A stretch of 64,000 nucleotides of DNA from assembly GCA_963749705.1 (NCBI GenBank), contig CAVVNQ010000002.1, positions 96,001 to 160,000 of the forward strand. Reading direction: 5' to 3'. A model generated the notes under the pieces. That model was not told where the DNA came from and searched no databases. It saw only the letters and a list, made by a program, of their open reading frames with translations. Positions 27,964-37,905 of the stretch are shown piece by piece; within the stretch, counting starts at the first letter, position 1, and each line of letters begins with the position of its first letter. The stretch comes from an uncultured Chloroflexia bacterium. GTDB taxonomy: Bacteria > Chloroflexota > Limnocylindria > Limnocylindrales > CSP1-4. The position numbers and the translations under genes are program-made.

Positions 27964-29352
27964 ATGATCGATCGAACGCACGTCGTCGGTTATCGGCTCT
28001 CGCTGAGCCTGGTCCTGCTGGGCCTGGCGATGGCCGTGGGCGCCAGTCCCGGACGGGCAGCGCAGCCCGAGGTCGTGGTGCTGCCCGCGACCGGGGTGAT
28101 CGACAACGTCCTGGCCGGCTACCTCGCCGACGGGATCCGGACGGCCGAGGACGACGGCGCCGCCGCGGTCGTGATCCAGCTCAACACGCCGGGCGGGAGC
28201 CTCGACGCCACGCAGCAGATCACGGGCGCGCTGCTCGAGGCGCACATCCCCACGATCGTGTGGGTGTCGCCGGCGGGCGGCCGCGCGGCGAGCGCGGGCA
28301 CGTTCATCACGCTCGCCGCGAACCTCTCGTACATGGCGCCCGGGACGAACATCGGCGCCGCCTCGCCGGTGGGCAGCAACGGCGAGGACATCCCCGGCAC
28401 GCTGGGCCAGAAGGTGCGCAACGACGCGATCAAGAACATCACCGCGATCGCCGAGGCGCGTGGACGCCCGGTCGACTGGGCCGTGTCGACCGTGGCCGAC
28501 GCCGCCTCCTACGCGGCCAGCGAGGCAGTCGCCGCGGGTGCCGTCGACGGGATCGCGGACACCATCGACGCCGTGATCGCCGATGCGAACGGGCGCGAGA
28601 TCACGATCGGGGGCAGCACGATGGTGGTCGATCTCGGCGGCGCGACTCCGCGGGAGGCGGCCATGAACCCCCTCCAGGGGTTCCTGCACCTCCTGTCCGA
28701 CCCCAACATCGCGTTCCTGCTGTTCACGATCGGCGTGTACGGGCTGATCTTCGAGGTCATGAACCCCAACTTCGTGACCGGCATCCTGGGCGCGCTGGCG
28801 ATCATCCTGGCGTTCGTCGGGTTCGGCAGCCTGCCGCTCAACGTGGCCGGGCTGCTGCTGCTCGGGCTGGGCGCGGTGCTGTTCGTGCTCGAGGTCCAGA
28901 TCACCAGCCACGGCCTCCTGTCGCTGGGCGGGATCGTCTGCTTCGCGCTTGGCGCGTCGGCGCTGTACACGCAGCCCGGCGGCGATCCGACCGTGCCCCT
29001 GGTCCAGGTTGCGACCCCGGTGATCGTGGTCACGACGGCGACGACGGCGATCATCATGGGCATGATCACCGTGGCCGCGATCCGCAGCCGGACGATGGCC
29101 ATGCCGGCGGGCAGCGTCGGCTCCTCCGTGCCGGCGGGGACGCCGGGGGTCGTCCAGGCACCGCTGGAGCCGCAGGGCACCGTGTACCTGGGCGGCGAGC
29201 CATGGAGCGCTCGGTCGATCGATGACACCTGGCTCCCCCGCGACACTCCCGTTCGCCTGGTCAGGTTCGAGGGCCTGACCGCCATCATCGAGCTCGACCT
29301 CGAGCGTCAATCAACCTCGCCGGCGGCCCGCGCGTCCGCCGACCGGCCCTAG
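27964..29352 (+). CDS. long NfeD family protein (ClpP-like protease, TM region, OB fold)
   Basis: signal peptide, LNTPGG, AASAG, MAPGTNIGAASPV, TM block, G.VYLGGEPWSARS. Confidence 0.9.
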   Translation: MIDRTHVVGYRLSLSLVLLGLAMAVGASPGRAAQPEVVVLPATGVIDNVLAGYLADGIRTAEDDGAAAVVIQLNTPGGSLDATQQITGALLEAHIPTIVWVSPAGGRAASAGTFITLAANLSYMAPGTNIGAASPVGSNGEDIPGTLGQKVRNDAIKNITAIAEARGRPVDWAVSTVADAASYAASEAVAAGAVDGIADTIDAVIADANGREITIGGSTMVVDLGGATPREAAMNPLQGFLHLLSDPNIAFLLFTIGVYGLIFEVMNPNFVTGILGALAIILAFVGFGSLPLNVAGLLLLGLGAVLFVLEVQITSHGLLSLGGIVCFALGASALYTQPGGDPTVPLVQVATPVIVVTTATTAIIMGMITVAAIRSRTMAMPAGSVGSSVPAGTPGVVQAPLEPQGTVYLGGEPWSARSIDDTWLPRDTPVRLVRFEGLTAIIELDLERQSTSPAARASADRP

Positions 29353-29367
29353 CACCCGGAGGCATCC

Positions 29368-30288
29368 ATGGACCTGGCCGTCACGCTTTCGATCGTCGCG
29401 TTCGTCGTGGTCGTGGCGCTCGTGCTCCTGTATCTCTCGGTCCGCGTGGTCCAGCAGTACGAGCGGATGGTCGTGTTCCGACTGGGACGCACCAACGAGT
29501 CCAAGGTGCGGGACCCCGGCCTCCGGTGGCTGTGGCCGATCATCGATCGGCCGGTGAAGGTGGACATGCGCGAGCAGTTCATCGAGGTCCCGAGCCAGAC
29601 CACCATCACCAAGGACAACGCCCCGATCAACGTCGACTTCCTGATCTACTGGCGGATCGCCGACGCGCTCAAGAGCGTGGTCAACGTCGCCTACTTTGCG
29701 GGTGCGCTCCAGGGCGTCGCCACGACCACCCTGCGCGCGGTCATCGGCGACATCCTGCTCGACGACGTGCTGTCCAAGCGGGAGCAGATCAACGAGGTCC
29801 TGCGGACCAAGCTCGACGAGGTCACCGAGCGCTGGGGCGGCAAGATCACGACCGTGGAGATCCGCGAGATCACGCCGCCCCGCGACGTCCAGGACGCGAT
29901 GAACCGGCAGCTGTCGGCGGAACGGACGCGCCGCGCCGTGATCACCGAGTCCGAGGGTGCCCGGCAGTCGGCGATCAACGTGGCCGAGGGCCAGAAGCAG
30001 TCGGCGATCCTCCAGGCGGAGGGCGACCGGCAGGCTGCGATCCTGCGTGCCGAGGGTTTCAGCCAGGCGCTCGAGCGGATCTACGCGGCGGCCAAGGGCA
30101 TCGACGAGAGGACGATGTCGCTCCAGTACCTCGAGGCGCTCAAGGCGCTCGGGGCGAGCCCGTCGACCAAGTTCGTGATCCCCACCGAGTTCACGCGCCT
30201 CGCCGACCGCATCGGCGGGTACGTGGCCCAGGGAATGGGCGCGCAGCCGGGCGGCGAGCCGGGTGACGCGGGCTCCGGGGGCCGGTGA
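29368..30288 (+). CDS. SPFH/stomatin-like (band 7) protein
   Basis: QYERMVVFRLG, ITKDNAPINVD, QLSAERTRRA, LQYLEALK. Confidence 0.93.
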   Translation: MDLAVTLSIVAFVVVVALVLLYLSVRVVQQYERMVVFRLGRTNESKVRDPGLRWLWPIIDRPVKVDMREQFIEVPSQTTITKDNAPINVDFLIYWRIADALKSVVNVAYFAGALQGVATTTLRAVIGDILLDDVLSKREQINEVLRTKLDEVTERWGGKITTVEIREITPPRDVQDAMNRQLSAERTRRAVITESEGARQSAINVAEGQKQSAILQAEGDRQAAILRAEGFSQALERIYAAAKGIDERTMSLQYLEALKALGASPSTKFVIPTEFTRLADRIGGYVAQGMGAQPGGEPGDAGSGGR

Positions 30289-31334
30289 TCCGGCGGCTCC
30301 TGCTGGTCCCGGCGGCGCCGCTCATCGCGGTCGCCGCCGTCGGACCGGTCGTCGACCGCCTTGCCAGGCGGCTCGCGGACGCGCCTCGGCGGCTGCCCGC
30401 GGAAGCCGGGATGACGGCGGCCCTCGACGCCCTCGGAGGCGAGGTCGTCCGCCTCCGGGCACGCGATGGTGTCCGCCTCACCGGACGCTGGCTCGCGGTC
30501 GACGCGGTCACCGACGGCCGGCCGCCGGGCGACCCGCGTCCGAACGGTGAGGGTGCTTCGGCCGACGACGAGCCGCTCGACGCCCGGTGGGTCCCGGACC
30601 CGCGGGAGGCGATCCTGCTGCTCCACGGCTACAGCGGGTCGGTGACGCCCGACCTGCTCGACCTTGCCCCGTTCCTGCGCCGCACCGCGGGGGTGCTGGG
30701 GCTCGACTTCCGGGGCCATGGTGGCTCGGACGATGCCCCCACGACGTTCGGGCTCGACGAGGTCGAGGACGTTGCCGGCGCGCTCGGCTGGCTCGGCGAG
30801 CGGGGGGTGACGCGCGTCGCCCTCGTCGGGTCGTCGATGGGCGGCATCGCCGCCATCGCCGCGGTCGCGATCCTGGGCGATGGGCGGCTCGCCGCCGCCG
30901 ACATCGATCCCGACGCGCCCGCCGCACCCGGGCCGCCGCCGCGACCGCGGATCGTGGCGGTGGTCGGCGACTCGGTCGCGCCCGAGCTGTCGGTCGTGGT
31001 GGCCAGCCGGCTGGCGATCCCGCTCGGACGACTGGTGGCCGATCGGGCGTTTGCGCGCATGGCGCGCCAGGTCGGGGGCGATCCCCGGCGGACGCAGCCG
31101 ATCGCGATGATCGGCCTCCTCGAGGACGTCCCGCTGCTGCTGATCCACGGCGATGCCGACCGGACGGTCCCCATCCGCGACGCCCGGCGGCTGGTCGCCG
31201 CCGCGCCCGCGGGCACCCGGCACGTCGTCATCGCGGGCGCCGACCACACGCAGGGCCACCGCGTCGACGCCGAGGGATACGAAGCTGCCGTGACCGCCCT
31301 GCTGCGCGAGGCGTTCGCGGCCGGTCGCGCCTGA
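30285..31334 (+). CDS. alpha/beta hydrolase
   Basis: LLHG, DFRGHGGS, nucleophile GSSMGG, IHGDADRTVP, GADH. Confidence 0.88.
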   Translation: MIRRLLLVPAAPLIAVAAVGPVVDRLARRLADAPRRLPAEAGMTAALDALGGEVVRLRARDGVRLTGRWLAVDAVTDGRPPGDPRPNGEGASADDEPLDARWVPDPREAILLLHGYSGSVTPDLLDLAPFLRRTAGVLGLDFRGHGGSDDAPTTFGLDEVEDVAGALGWLGERGVTRVALVGSSMGGIAAIAAVAILGDGRLAAADIDPDAPAAPGPPPRPRIVAVVGDSVAPELSVVVASRLAIPLGRLVADRAFARMARQVGGDPRRTQPIAMIGLLEDVPLLLIHGDADRTVPIRDARRLVAAAPAGTRHVVIAGADHTQGHRVDAEGYEAAVTALLREAFAAGRA

Positions 31335-31430
31335 CCGGGTCCCACGCCCGCTCACCCCTATACTGCGCGGAGGCATCTCGGGACGGCCGCTCGCACGGGC
31401 GGCGATGCCGGTGCTATGTCAGGAGAACGG

Positions 31431-32597
31431 ATGGCCGGGAAGGTTCTCGTCGTCGACGACGATGCGAGCGTCCAGCGACTGCTCCAGTACACCCTCAAGC
31501 AGGAGGGGTACGAGGTCGTGATCGGCGCGGACGGAAACGAGGCGCTGCGGCTGTGGGAGACCGAGGTTCCATCGGTCATCCTGCTCGACGTCACGCTCAA
31601 GGGCCTCGATGGCTATGAGGTCGCTGCCCGGATCCGGGCCGGCGAGAAGGGCGGCCACACCCCGATCATCATGCTCACCGCGGATCGCGATGTGCAGCAG
31701 CGCGTCCGGGCCCTCCGCGCGGGCGCCGACGACTACCTGATCAAGCCGTTCCATCCAGCCGAGCTGCTGGCGCGCCTCAAGAGCCTCGTCGCGCGGTTCT
31801 CGCCCACGGACCTGCTGGTCGGCCGCCCCCCGCTGGGCCGGGTCCATGCCTACTACGGCGCCAAGGGCGGGGTCGGCACGACGACGATCGCGATCAACGC
31901 CGCGATCGCGCTCCAGAGCCTCGGCCGGCGCGTGTGCCTCGTGGACGGCAACCTGCAGTTCGGCGACCATCGCGTGTTCCTCGACCTCGGGCTCGACCGC
32001 AAGAGCATCGTCGACCTGGTGAGCGCGCCGTCGATGGACACGGACCTGGTCCGCAAGATCGTCCAGACGCACGAATCCGGCGTGGACCTCCTGCTCGCGC
32101 CGCCGTCGCCGGAGTCGGCCGACCTCGTCAGCGCCCAGCACATGCACCAGATCATGGAGCTGCTGCGCGAGATGTACGACTACGTGGTCGTGGACATCGA
32201 CAAGCGGCTCGACGACATGAACCTGATGGTCCTCGACATCGCGGACACCATCTTCGCCGTCATGACCGCGGACCTCTCGTGCCTCAAGAACGTCCGGCTG
32301 GTGCTCGAGACGATCGGCCACCTGGGCTACGAGCAGGGCAAGCTCAAGCTGGTCCTCAACCGCTCCAACGCGTTCACCGGGATCAACGTGAAGAGCGCCG
32401 AGGGTGCGCTCAAGCGCCCGATCGAGTTCCAGATCGTCAACGAGTACCGGGGCGCGATCTCCGCGCTCAACACCGGCGCCCCGTTCATGGCCGAGAAGGC
32501 CGACTCGATCCTGGGCCGGTCCGTGCTGGACTTCGCCCGCGCGGTCGACAAGCCGGACGGATCGCTCCCGCAGCTGGCGCCCGTCGCCGGCCGCTGA
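31431..32597 (+). CDS. receiver domain fused to a CpaE/MinD-like ATPase
   Basis: VLVVDDD...LLD...GADDYLIKPF receiver; GAKGGVGTTT deviant Walker A, DGNLQFGD, VLNR; AGGAG RBS. Confidence 0.85.
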   Translation: MAGKVLVVDDDASVQRLLQYTLKQEGYEVVIGADGNEALRLWETEVPSVILLDVTLKGLDGYEVAARIRAGEKGGHTPIIMLTADRDVQQRVRALRAGADDYLIKPFHPAELLARLKSLVARFSPTDLLVGRPPLGRVHAYYGAKGGVGTTTIAINAAIALQSLGRRVCLVDGNLQFGDHRVFLDLGLDRKSIVDLVSAPSMDTDLVRKIVQTHESGVDLLLAPPSPESADLVSAQHMHQIMELLREMYDYVVVDIDKRLDDMNLMVLDIADTIFAVMTADLSCLKNVRLVLETIGHLGYEQGKLKLVLNRSNAFTGINVKSAEGALKRPIEFQIVNEYRGAISALNTGAPFMAEKADSILGRSVLDFARAVDKPDGSLPQLAPVAGR

Positions 32598-32660
32598 CGC
32601 GCTCCTCGGGCAACGCCGGCGGGATGCCGGGTAAGCCCGAGGTGAGCCGGCGGCCGTACC

Positions 32661-34241
32661 GTGCGGTTCGTGCTTGCCACCCTCCTGTCCGCGACGCTCC
32701 ACGGGATCACGGGCCGCGTCGTGCGGGTCGAGGTCGATGTCGCGCCCGGGCTGCCCGGGTTCACGATCGTCGGCCTCCCGGACGCCGCGCTCTCGGAGGC
32801 GCGTGAGCGGGTCCGCGGTGCGCTCCGGAACGCCGGCTTCCACCACCCGCCACGCCGGATCACCGTCAACCTCGCCCCGGCAGAGCTGCGCAAGGCTGGC
32901 GCGTCGCTGGACGTGGCGATTGCGCTGGGCATCCTCCTCGGCTCGGAGCAGCTGCGAGCGGACCCGGGTCGCGTGGGCCTCATCGGGGAGCTCGGCCTGG
33001 GCGGGGACGTGCGGCCGGTCCCGGGAATCCTGGCGATGTGCCTCGCGCTGGCGCGGCAGGGCGTCGCTCGCGTGGTCGTTCCCGTTGATGCGGCCGCCGA
33101 GGCCCGACTCGCGCCGGGGATCGAGCCCGTGGAGGTGGCGACCATCGCGGACGCCGCGGCCGCGATCCGCGGACGGCGCTCGCGCCGCCCGGTTCCGGGC
33201 CCGCTGCCGCGAACCGGGGTGCCCTCGAGCCTCCAGGCCGTGCCCGAGCCACGCCCGGTCGCATCCCCACCGTATCCGCCTGTGGACCTCGCGGACGTCC
33301 GGGGCCAGGCGGCCGCCCGCCGGGCGCTCGAGATCGCGCTGGCCGGCGGTCATGCGCTCCTGCTGATGGGGCCGCCCGGGTCGGGCAAGACGCTGCTCGC
33401 CCGGACGATCCCCGGGCTGCTGCCGGACCTCGGGCCCGAGGCGGCGCTGTCGGCAACGGTGATCGCTTCGGTGGCCGCGGCCCAGCCGCTCGCCTCGCTC
33501 GTCCGCCGGCCGCCGGTCAGGATGCCCCACCACACGATCTCGTACGCCGGAATGGTCGGTGGCGGCCCCCGGCTGTCGCCGGGCGAAGTGACCTTGGCGG
33601 ACCAGGGAGTCCTGTTCTGCGACGAGCTCGCCGAGTTCGGGCGCGACGTCCTTGAGGCGCTGCGCCAGCCGCTCGAGGACGGGAGCATCAGCGTCGTCCG
33701 CGTCGGTCGCGCCGAGACGTTCCCGGCGCGGTTCACGTTCGTGGCGGCGATGAACCCGTGTCCGTGCGGCCAGTCCGGGGCGGCCGATCGGGCGTGCTCC
33801 TGCCCGCCCGGAGTCCCGGAGCGCTACCTGCGCCGGGTCTCAGGTCCGCTGCGCGATCGGATCGACCTGTGGGTGACCGTGAACCGCGTCCCGCCCGCGG
33901 CCCTGATCGGCACGTCTGCGCCCGAGCCGTCGGCGATCGTGGCGAGGCGAATCTCCGCCGCCCGAGAGCGCCAGCGAGCGCGCACCGGGGAGCGGACGAA
34001 TGCCACGATCCGCGGCCGCGCGCTGCAGGCCGTGTGCGCGCTGGATCGGACCGCGAGGTCGCGGGCAGTGCGCCTGGCGGAGCTCGAGGGCCTGTCGGGC
34101 CGGGGGACCGAGCGGCTGCTCCGGGTCGCGCGGACGATCGCCGATCTCGAGGGAGCTGCGACCGTGGCGTCCGGCCATCTCGACGAGGCCGCGAGGTTCC
34201 GATCGCCCGTGGATCGACTCGCGATGCGGCTGGCCGGGTGA
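32661..34241 (+). CDS. comM: YifB/ComM Mg-chelatase-like AAA+ ATPase
   Basis: VGLPDAALSEARERV, NLAPA, GPPGSGKT, PHHT, MNPCPCG, SGPLRDRID. Confidence 0.92.
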   Translation: MRFVLATLLSATLHGITGRVVRVEVDVAPGLPGFTIVGLPDAALSEARERVRGALRNAGFHHPPRRITVNLAPAELRKAGASLDVAIALGILLGSEQLRADPGRVGLIGELGLGGDVRPVPGILAMCLALARQGVARVVVPVDAAAEARLAPGIEPVEVATIADAAAAIRGRRSRRPVPGPLPRTGVPSSLQAVPEPRPVASPPYPPVDLADVRGQAAARRALEIALAGGHALLLMGPPGSGKTLLARTIPGLLPDLGPEAALSATVIASVAAAQPLASLVRRPPVRMPHHTISYAGMVGGGPRLSPGEVTLADQGVLFCDELAEFGRDVLEALRQPLEDGSISVVRVGRAETFPARFTFVAAMNPCPCGQSGAADRACSCPPGVPERYLRRVSGPLRDRIDLWVTVNRVPPAALIGTSAPEPSAIVARRISAARERQRARTGERTNATIRGRALQAVCALDRTARSRAVRLAELEGLSGRGTERLLRVARTIADLEGAATVASGHLDEAARFRSPVDRLAMRLAG

Positions 34242-35605
34242 TGCTCGGCATCGGGCGAGGCGGTCCGCTCGGTGATGCGGATCCCGCGGGCGGCGCAGCG
34301 CCCGCGACCGCGGCCGGCGATGCGGCGACGGTCGGCGACGCGACGGACGCAGCGCCCGCGACGATCGACGATGTCGAACGCGACGCGTGGGTCGTGCTCG
34401 CCGGTGTCCATGGCGTCGGTCCGGTCTCGTTCGAGCGACTCGTGGGCACCTTCGGCAGCGTCGCGACCGCGTTCACGGTCGCGCGGACCCGGGGGGCGGT
34501 GCCGCGGCTGGTCGCGGCATCGTGTGGGCCCGGTGGCGAGTCCCCGACGCTCACCACCGAGGCGGCGAGGGGCATCGTGGCCGCGGCGGGGGAGATCGAC
34601 CGCCGGCTCGCCGTGGTGCGCGCGTCGGGCGTCACCATCGTCACGCTGGCCGACGAGACGTATCCGAGGCGTCTGCGCCGGATCGACCTGCCGCCGCCCG
34701 TGCTGTTCGTCCGCGGCGATGTCGCGGCGCTGGATCGGGCACGAGCGGTGGCCGTGGTCGGGACGCGACGGCCCACCGAGGCCGGACGGGCGCTCGCGGG
34801 ACAGATCGCCGACGCCGTCGCCGGCCTCGGTGCCACGGTGATCTCGGGGCTGGCCGTCGGGATCGACGCCGCCGCCCACGAGGCCGCCGTCCGTGGCCGG
34901 CGACCCACCGTCGCGGTGATCGGCGGTGGCCACGACCACCTCTACCCGGCCGCGAACCGCGGCCTCGCCGCCTCGATCGTCCGGGGCGGCGGCGTGGTCG
35001 TCAGCGAGTTCGCACCCGACACGGAGCCGAGTCGCGGCACGTTCCCGCGACGAAACCGGATCATCAGCGGGCTGGCGGACGCGACGGTCGTGGTCGAGGC
35101 GGGGTCGCGGAGCGGCGCGCTGACCACGGCCGCCTGGGCGCTCGAGCAGGGCCGCGGCCTGCACCTCGTGCCCGGCCGGGTCGGTGACCCGACGGTGGCC
35201 GGTTGCCTGGCGTTCCTGCGCGAGGCAGCGCCGGAGGCCCGGATCGTCGCGGGCGTGGCCGAGCTGATCGAGGACCTCGGCCTGCTCCAGCCGCACGCGG
35301 CGACGCACGGGACCGGCACCACCGGTCAGCAGCTGACGACGGACGCCCTGCTCGCCGCTCTCGGGCCGGCGGAACGCGCGCTCGCCGCAGCGCTGGCCGG
35401 CGGCAGCGCCTCGGTCGACGAGCTGATGGTCGCCACCGGGAGCCCTGGAGCCGCGGTGCTCGGGGCGCTGACATCGCTCGAGCTTCGCGGCCTCGTGTTC
35501 GAGGCATTCGGCCGCTACCGCGCGGCCGGCCAGCTGGCACCCGGGCGGAGCGACGGCGCAAAGGCGCGCGTTCGGCGCGGGGCGGGCGTACATCGCGCGG
35601 CGTGA
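34241..35605 (+). CDS. dprA: DNA-processing protein DprA (start approximate)
   Basis: YPRRL, AVVGTR, SGLAVGIDAAAH, FPRRNRIISGL, VVEAG.RSGALTTA, winged-helix C-terminus. Confidence 0.93.
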   Translation: MLGIGRGGPLGDADPAGGAAPATAAGDAATVGDATDAAPATIDDVERDAWVVLAGVHGVGPVSFERLVGTFGSVATAFTVARTRGAVPRLVAASCGPGGESPTLTTEAARGIVAAAGEIDRRLAVVRASGVTIVTLADETYPRRLRRIDLPPPVLFVRGDVAALDRARAVAVVGTRRPTEAGRALAGQIADAVAGLGATVISGLAVGIDAAAHEAAVRGRRPTVAVIGGGHDHLYPAANRGLAASIVRGGGVVVSEFAPDTEPSRGTFPRRNRIISGLADATVVVEAGSRSGALTTAAWALEQGRGLHLVPGRVGDPTVAGCLAFLREAAPEARIVAGVAELIEDLGLLQPHAATHGTGTTGQQLTTDALLAALGPAERALAAALAGGSASVDELMVATGSPGAAVLGALTSLELRGLVFEAFGRYRAAGQLAPGRSDGAKARVRRGAGVHRAA

Positions 35606-35742
35606 TGCGCGCTTGGCGGCGTCCCACCGTCGATGCTACGCTCCCACCGACCCCGGCCACCCGGGCCCGCGCCAACACTGCCCGCCGGGTGTCGTGGCCG
35701 CGTCCCCGGCTGGAACTGCGGCGGCGACTGGAGGACGACCTA

Positions 35743-37365
35743 TTGCGGAAGCTCGGCGCGCTCGTGCTCGGGATCCCGGTGCTCATCATGGTCTACGTCG
35801 CGTCGCTGCTGCGGCGGGGCGGGATGGCTCGGATCAGCGCCGGACTCGCGGCGGTCGCGGTCATCGGCCTGGTCGTGGTCGCAAGCCTGCCGCCCGCACC
35901 CACCACGGCGATCCCCGCCTCCGGCAAGCCGGCACCCGTCGCCGCGTCGCTGATGGAATCGGTCCGGACCGGGCATGGCCTGAGCTCCCCGTTCGTGGTG
36001 GAGTTCTCGGCGCCGATGGATGCCGCGACGGTCGCGGCGGCCCTGCGGATCGAGCCCGATGCCGCCGTCTCGCTGAGCTGGGACCCGTCGGTCTCCGTGC
36101 TCACGATCACCCCGGTGGACCACTGGCAGCCTGACACCCTGTACTCGGTGACCGTGGATGCCCTCGCGCGCGCCGCCGACGGCGGGGCGCTCAAGGCGCC
36201 GGTGCGAGCGGTCGTCCTGACCGCCGCGGCGGGGAGTGCCAGGATCGAAGCCACCCGTCCCGTCGAGCAGCGCGTGCGGACCGATACGGCGTTCCTGCTG
36301 ACGTTCGATCGCGATGTCTCCGTCGACGCCGTCCGAAGCGCCCTGCGCAGCGACCCCGTCATTCACGGTGATGTGACGGCGACCGACACGCCCGGCGAGC
36401 TGCTGCTCACGCCCTACGGGCCGCTCGCGGCCGACACCACCTACCGGGTCTCGTTTGAGGACCTCCGCGACACGGACGGGATCCCGTTCGGGACGACCCC
36501 CGGCATCGAGGTGACGACGGCGGCAGCACCGCGCGTCGTCCGGTTCCGGCCCAGGAACGGGACCGGCGATGCCGATCGGAGCTCGGTCCTCTCGGTGCGC
36601 TTCACGGAGCCGATGGACCACGCCAAGACGGCCGCGGCCTTCAGCGTGAAGGTGGGCGACAAGGAGGTCGCCGGCAAGGTCTCCTGGGCCGAGGGCGACA
36701 CCGTGCTGGTGTTCGATCCGACCTCAAACCTCGCGTACTCATCCAAGGTGAGCATGACCGTTGACCTGCGTGCGATGTCGCAGGCGGGCGTGCCCATCGG
36801 CAAGGTCGCGACCGCCACGTTCACCGTCGTCGCGAAGCCCAAGCCCAAGCCGGTCGCCACCAAGGCCCCCACGACGACCATCCCAAAGTCGGGCGGCAGT
36901 GGTGCGGTCAGTGGCAGCTGGACCGCCGTCGAGAGCTACTACCTCAAGCTCATGAACTGCACCCGAACCGGCGGCTGGGTGACGTCGACGGGCGCCTGCT
37001 CATCGCCGGGCGGGCGGAACGTGGCAGCCCTCAAGCTCGACGCCGGGATCAGCTCCAAGGTGTCCCGGCCGTACGCGAAGCTGCTCGCCACCCGGGGGCT
37101 GTGCGATCACTTCATCGGCGGCACGCCGGGTGATCGGCTGAAGAAGGCGGGGTACACCAGCTACCACTGGGCCGAGAACCTCGGCTGCCGCTCGGGCGAT
37201 CCGTACGCCGCGGTGCTCGGGTCGCACCTCTTCTTCCAGAATGAGAAGTCGACCAACGGTGGCCACTACGTGAACCTGATGAACGCCGCCTACGATCGGG
37301 TCGGGATCGGCGTCTGGGTGTCCAGCGGCCGGGTCCGGCTGGTGGTGGACTTCTACCACCCCTAG
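35743..37365 (+). CDS. membrane-anchored protein with Ig-like (Big_5-type) repeats and a C-terminal CAP/SCP domain
   Basis: N-terminal TM helices; three F..(PM)D...Y.V Ig-like units; AENLG, GHYVNLMN..YDRVGIG CAP motifs; GGAGG before TTG 35743 (alternative ATG 35605). Confidence 0.75.
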   Translation: MRKLGALVLGIPVLIMVYVASLLRRGGMARISAGLAAVAVIGLVVVASLPPAPTTAIPASGKPAPVAASLMESVRTGHGLSSPFVVEFSAPMDAATVAAALRIEPDAAVSLSWDPSVSVLTITPVDHWQPDTLYSVTVDALARAADGGALKAPVRAVVLTAAAGSARIEATRPVEQRVRTDTAFLLTFDRDVSVDAVRSALRSDPVIHGDVTATDTPGELLLTPYGPLAADTTYRVSFEDLRDTDGIPFGTTPGIEVTTAAAPRVVRFRPRNGTGDADRSSVLSVRFTEPMDHAKTAAAFSVKVGDKEVAGKVSWAEGDTVLVFDPTSNLAYSSKVSMTVDLRAMSQAGVPIGKVATATFTVVAKPKPKPVATKAPTTTIPKSGGSGAVSGSWTAVESYYLKLMNCTRTGGWVTSTGACSSPGGRNVAALKLDAGISSKVSRPYAKLLATRGLCDHFIGGTPGDRLKKAGYTSYHWAENLGCRSGDPYAAVLGSHLFFQNEKSTNGGHYVNLMNAAYDRVGIGVWVSSGRVRLVVDFYHP

Positions 37366-37452
37366 GCGACCCTCCGCGCGGGCAGGGGACCACCCGCCCG
37401 GGGGGACCATCGGGCGGGTGACGGGCGGCAACGGGCGGGCGACGATGGTTCC

Positions 37453-37854
37453 GTGATCCGCAACGTATGCATCCACGTGAACAACGAGCAGCCGCTGCTC
37501 GCCGACCTGTTCGACCTGCCCGTCTCGACCGACGCCGGGCTGCTGTGCACGAACGTGCGCACCCTGGACGGCAAGCGCCCCGTGTTCATCGACACGATCG
37601 AGGCGACATTCTTCTTCCCGTACCACGTGGTCCGGTTCATCGAGATCCCGGTGGGCGCCCTCGACGGCCGCGCCCCGACCCCAGCCACGGATGCCGGTAA
37701 CGCAGGACCCGATGATGCGGCCCAGGCGCCGATCACCCCGCTCCCCGAGGAGCAGCGCCTGCCCGTCCCCGTCGGAGCAGGATCCGATGCGGACGACGAC
37801 GACGGCGAGCTCGAGATCGACGAGGAATTCCTCCAGCGCATCCGCGACATCTGA
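37453..37854 (+). CDS. hypothetical protein (beta-rich N-terminus, acidic tail)
   Basis: 133-aa ORF with host-like codon usage filling the gap before topA. Confidence 0.7.
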   Translation: MIRNVCIHVNNEQPLLADLFDLPVSTDAGLLCTNVRTLDGKRPVFIDTIEATFFFPYHVVRFIEIPVGALDGRAPTPATDAGNAGPDDAAQAPITPLPEEQRLPVPVGAGSDADDDDGELEIDEEFLQRIRDI

Positions 37855-37905
37855 GGACGGCGCCGCAACCGGGACGTAAGGAACCCGGTGCTACACTCGG
37901 CCGCC

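Noticed and set aside
26203-29310. Very long antisense or alternate-frame ORFs (e.g. 26203..29310, 18021..20285, 37891..40407, 52352..55036)
   Set aside because: These are shadow ORFs expected at high GC; they are Arg/Pro-rich, lack motifs and overlap clearly identified genes.
31941-31968. CpaE DGNLQFG and NfeD LNTPGG/AANLS as additional D-to-N editing sites
   Set aside because: These positions are variable in their families and use AAC; the first two are not sequons, and the NfeD domain is exported.
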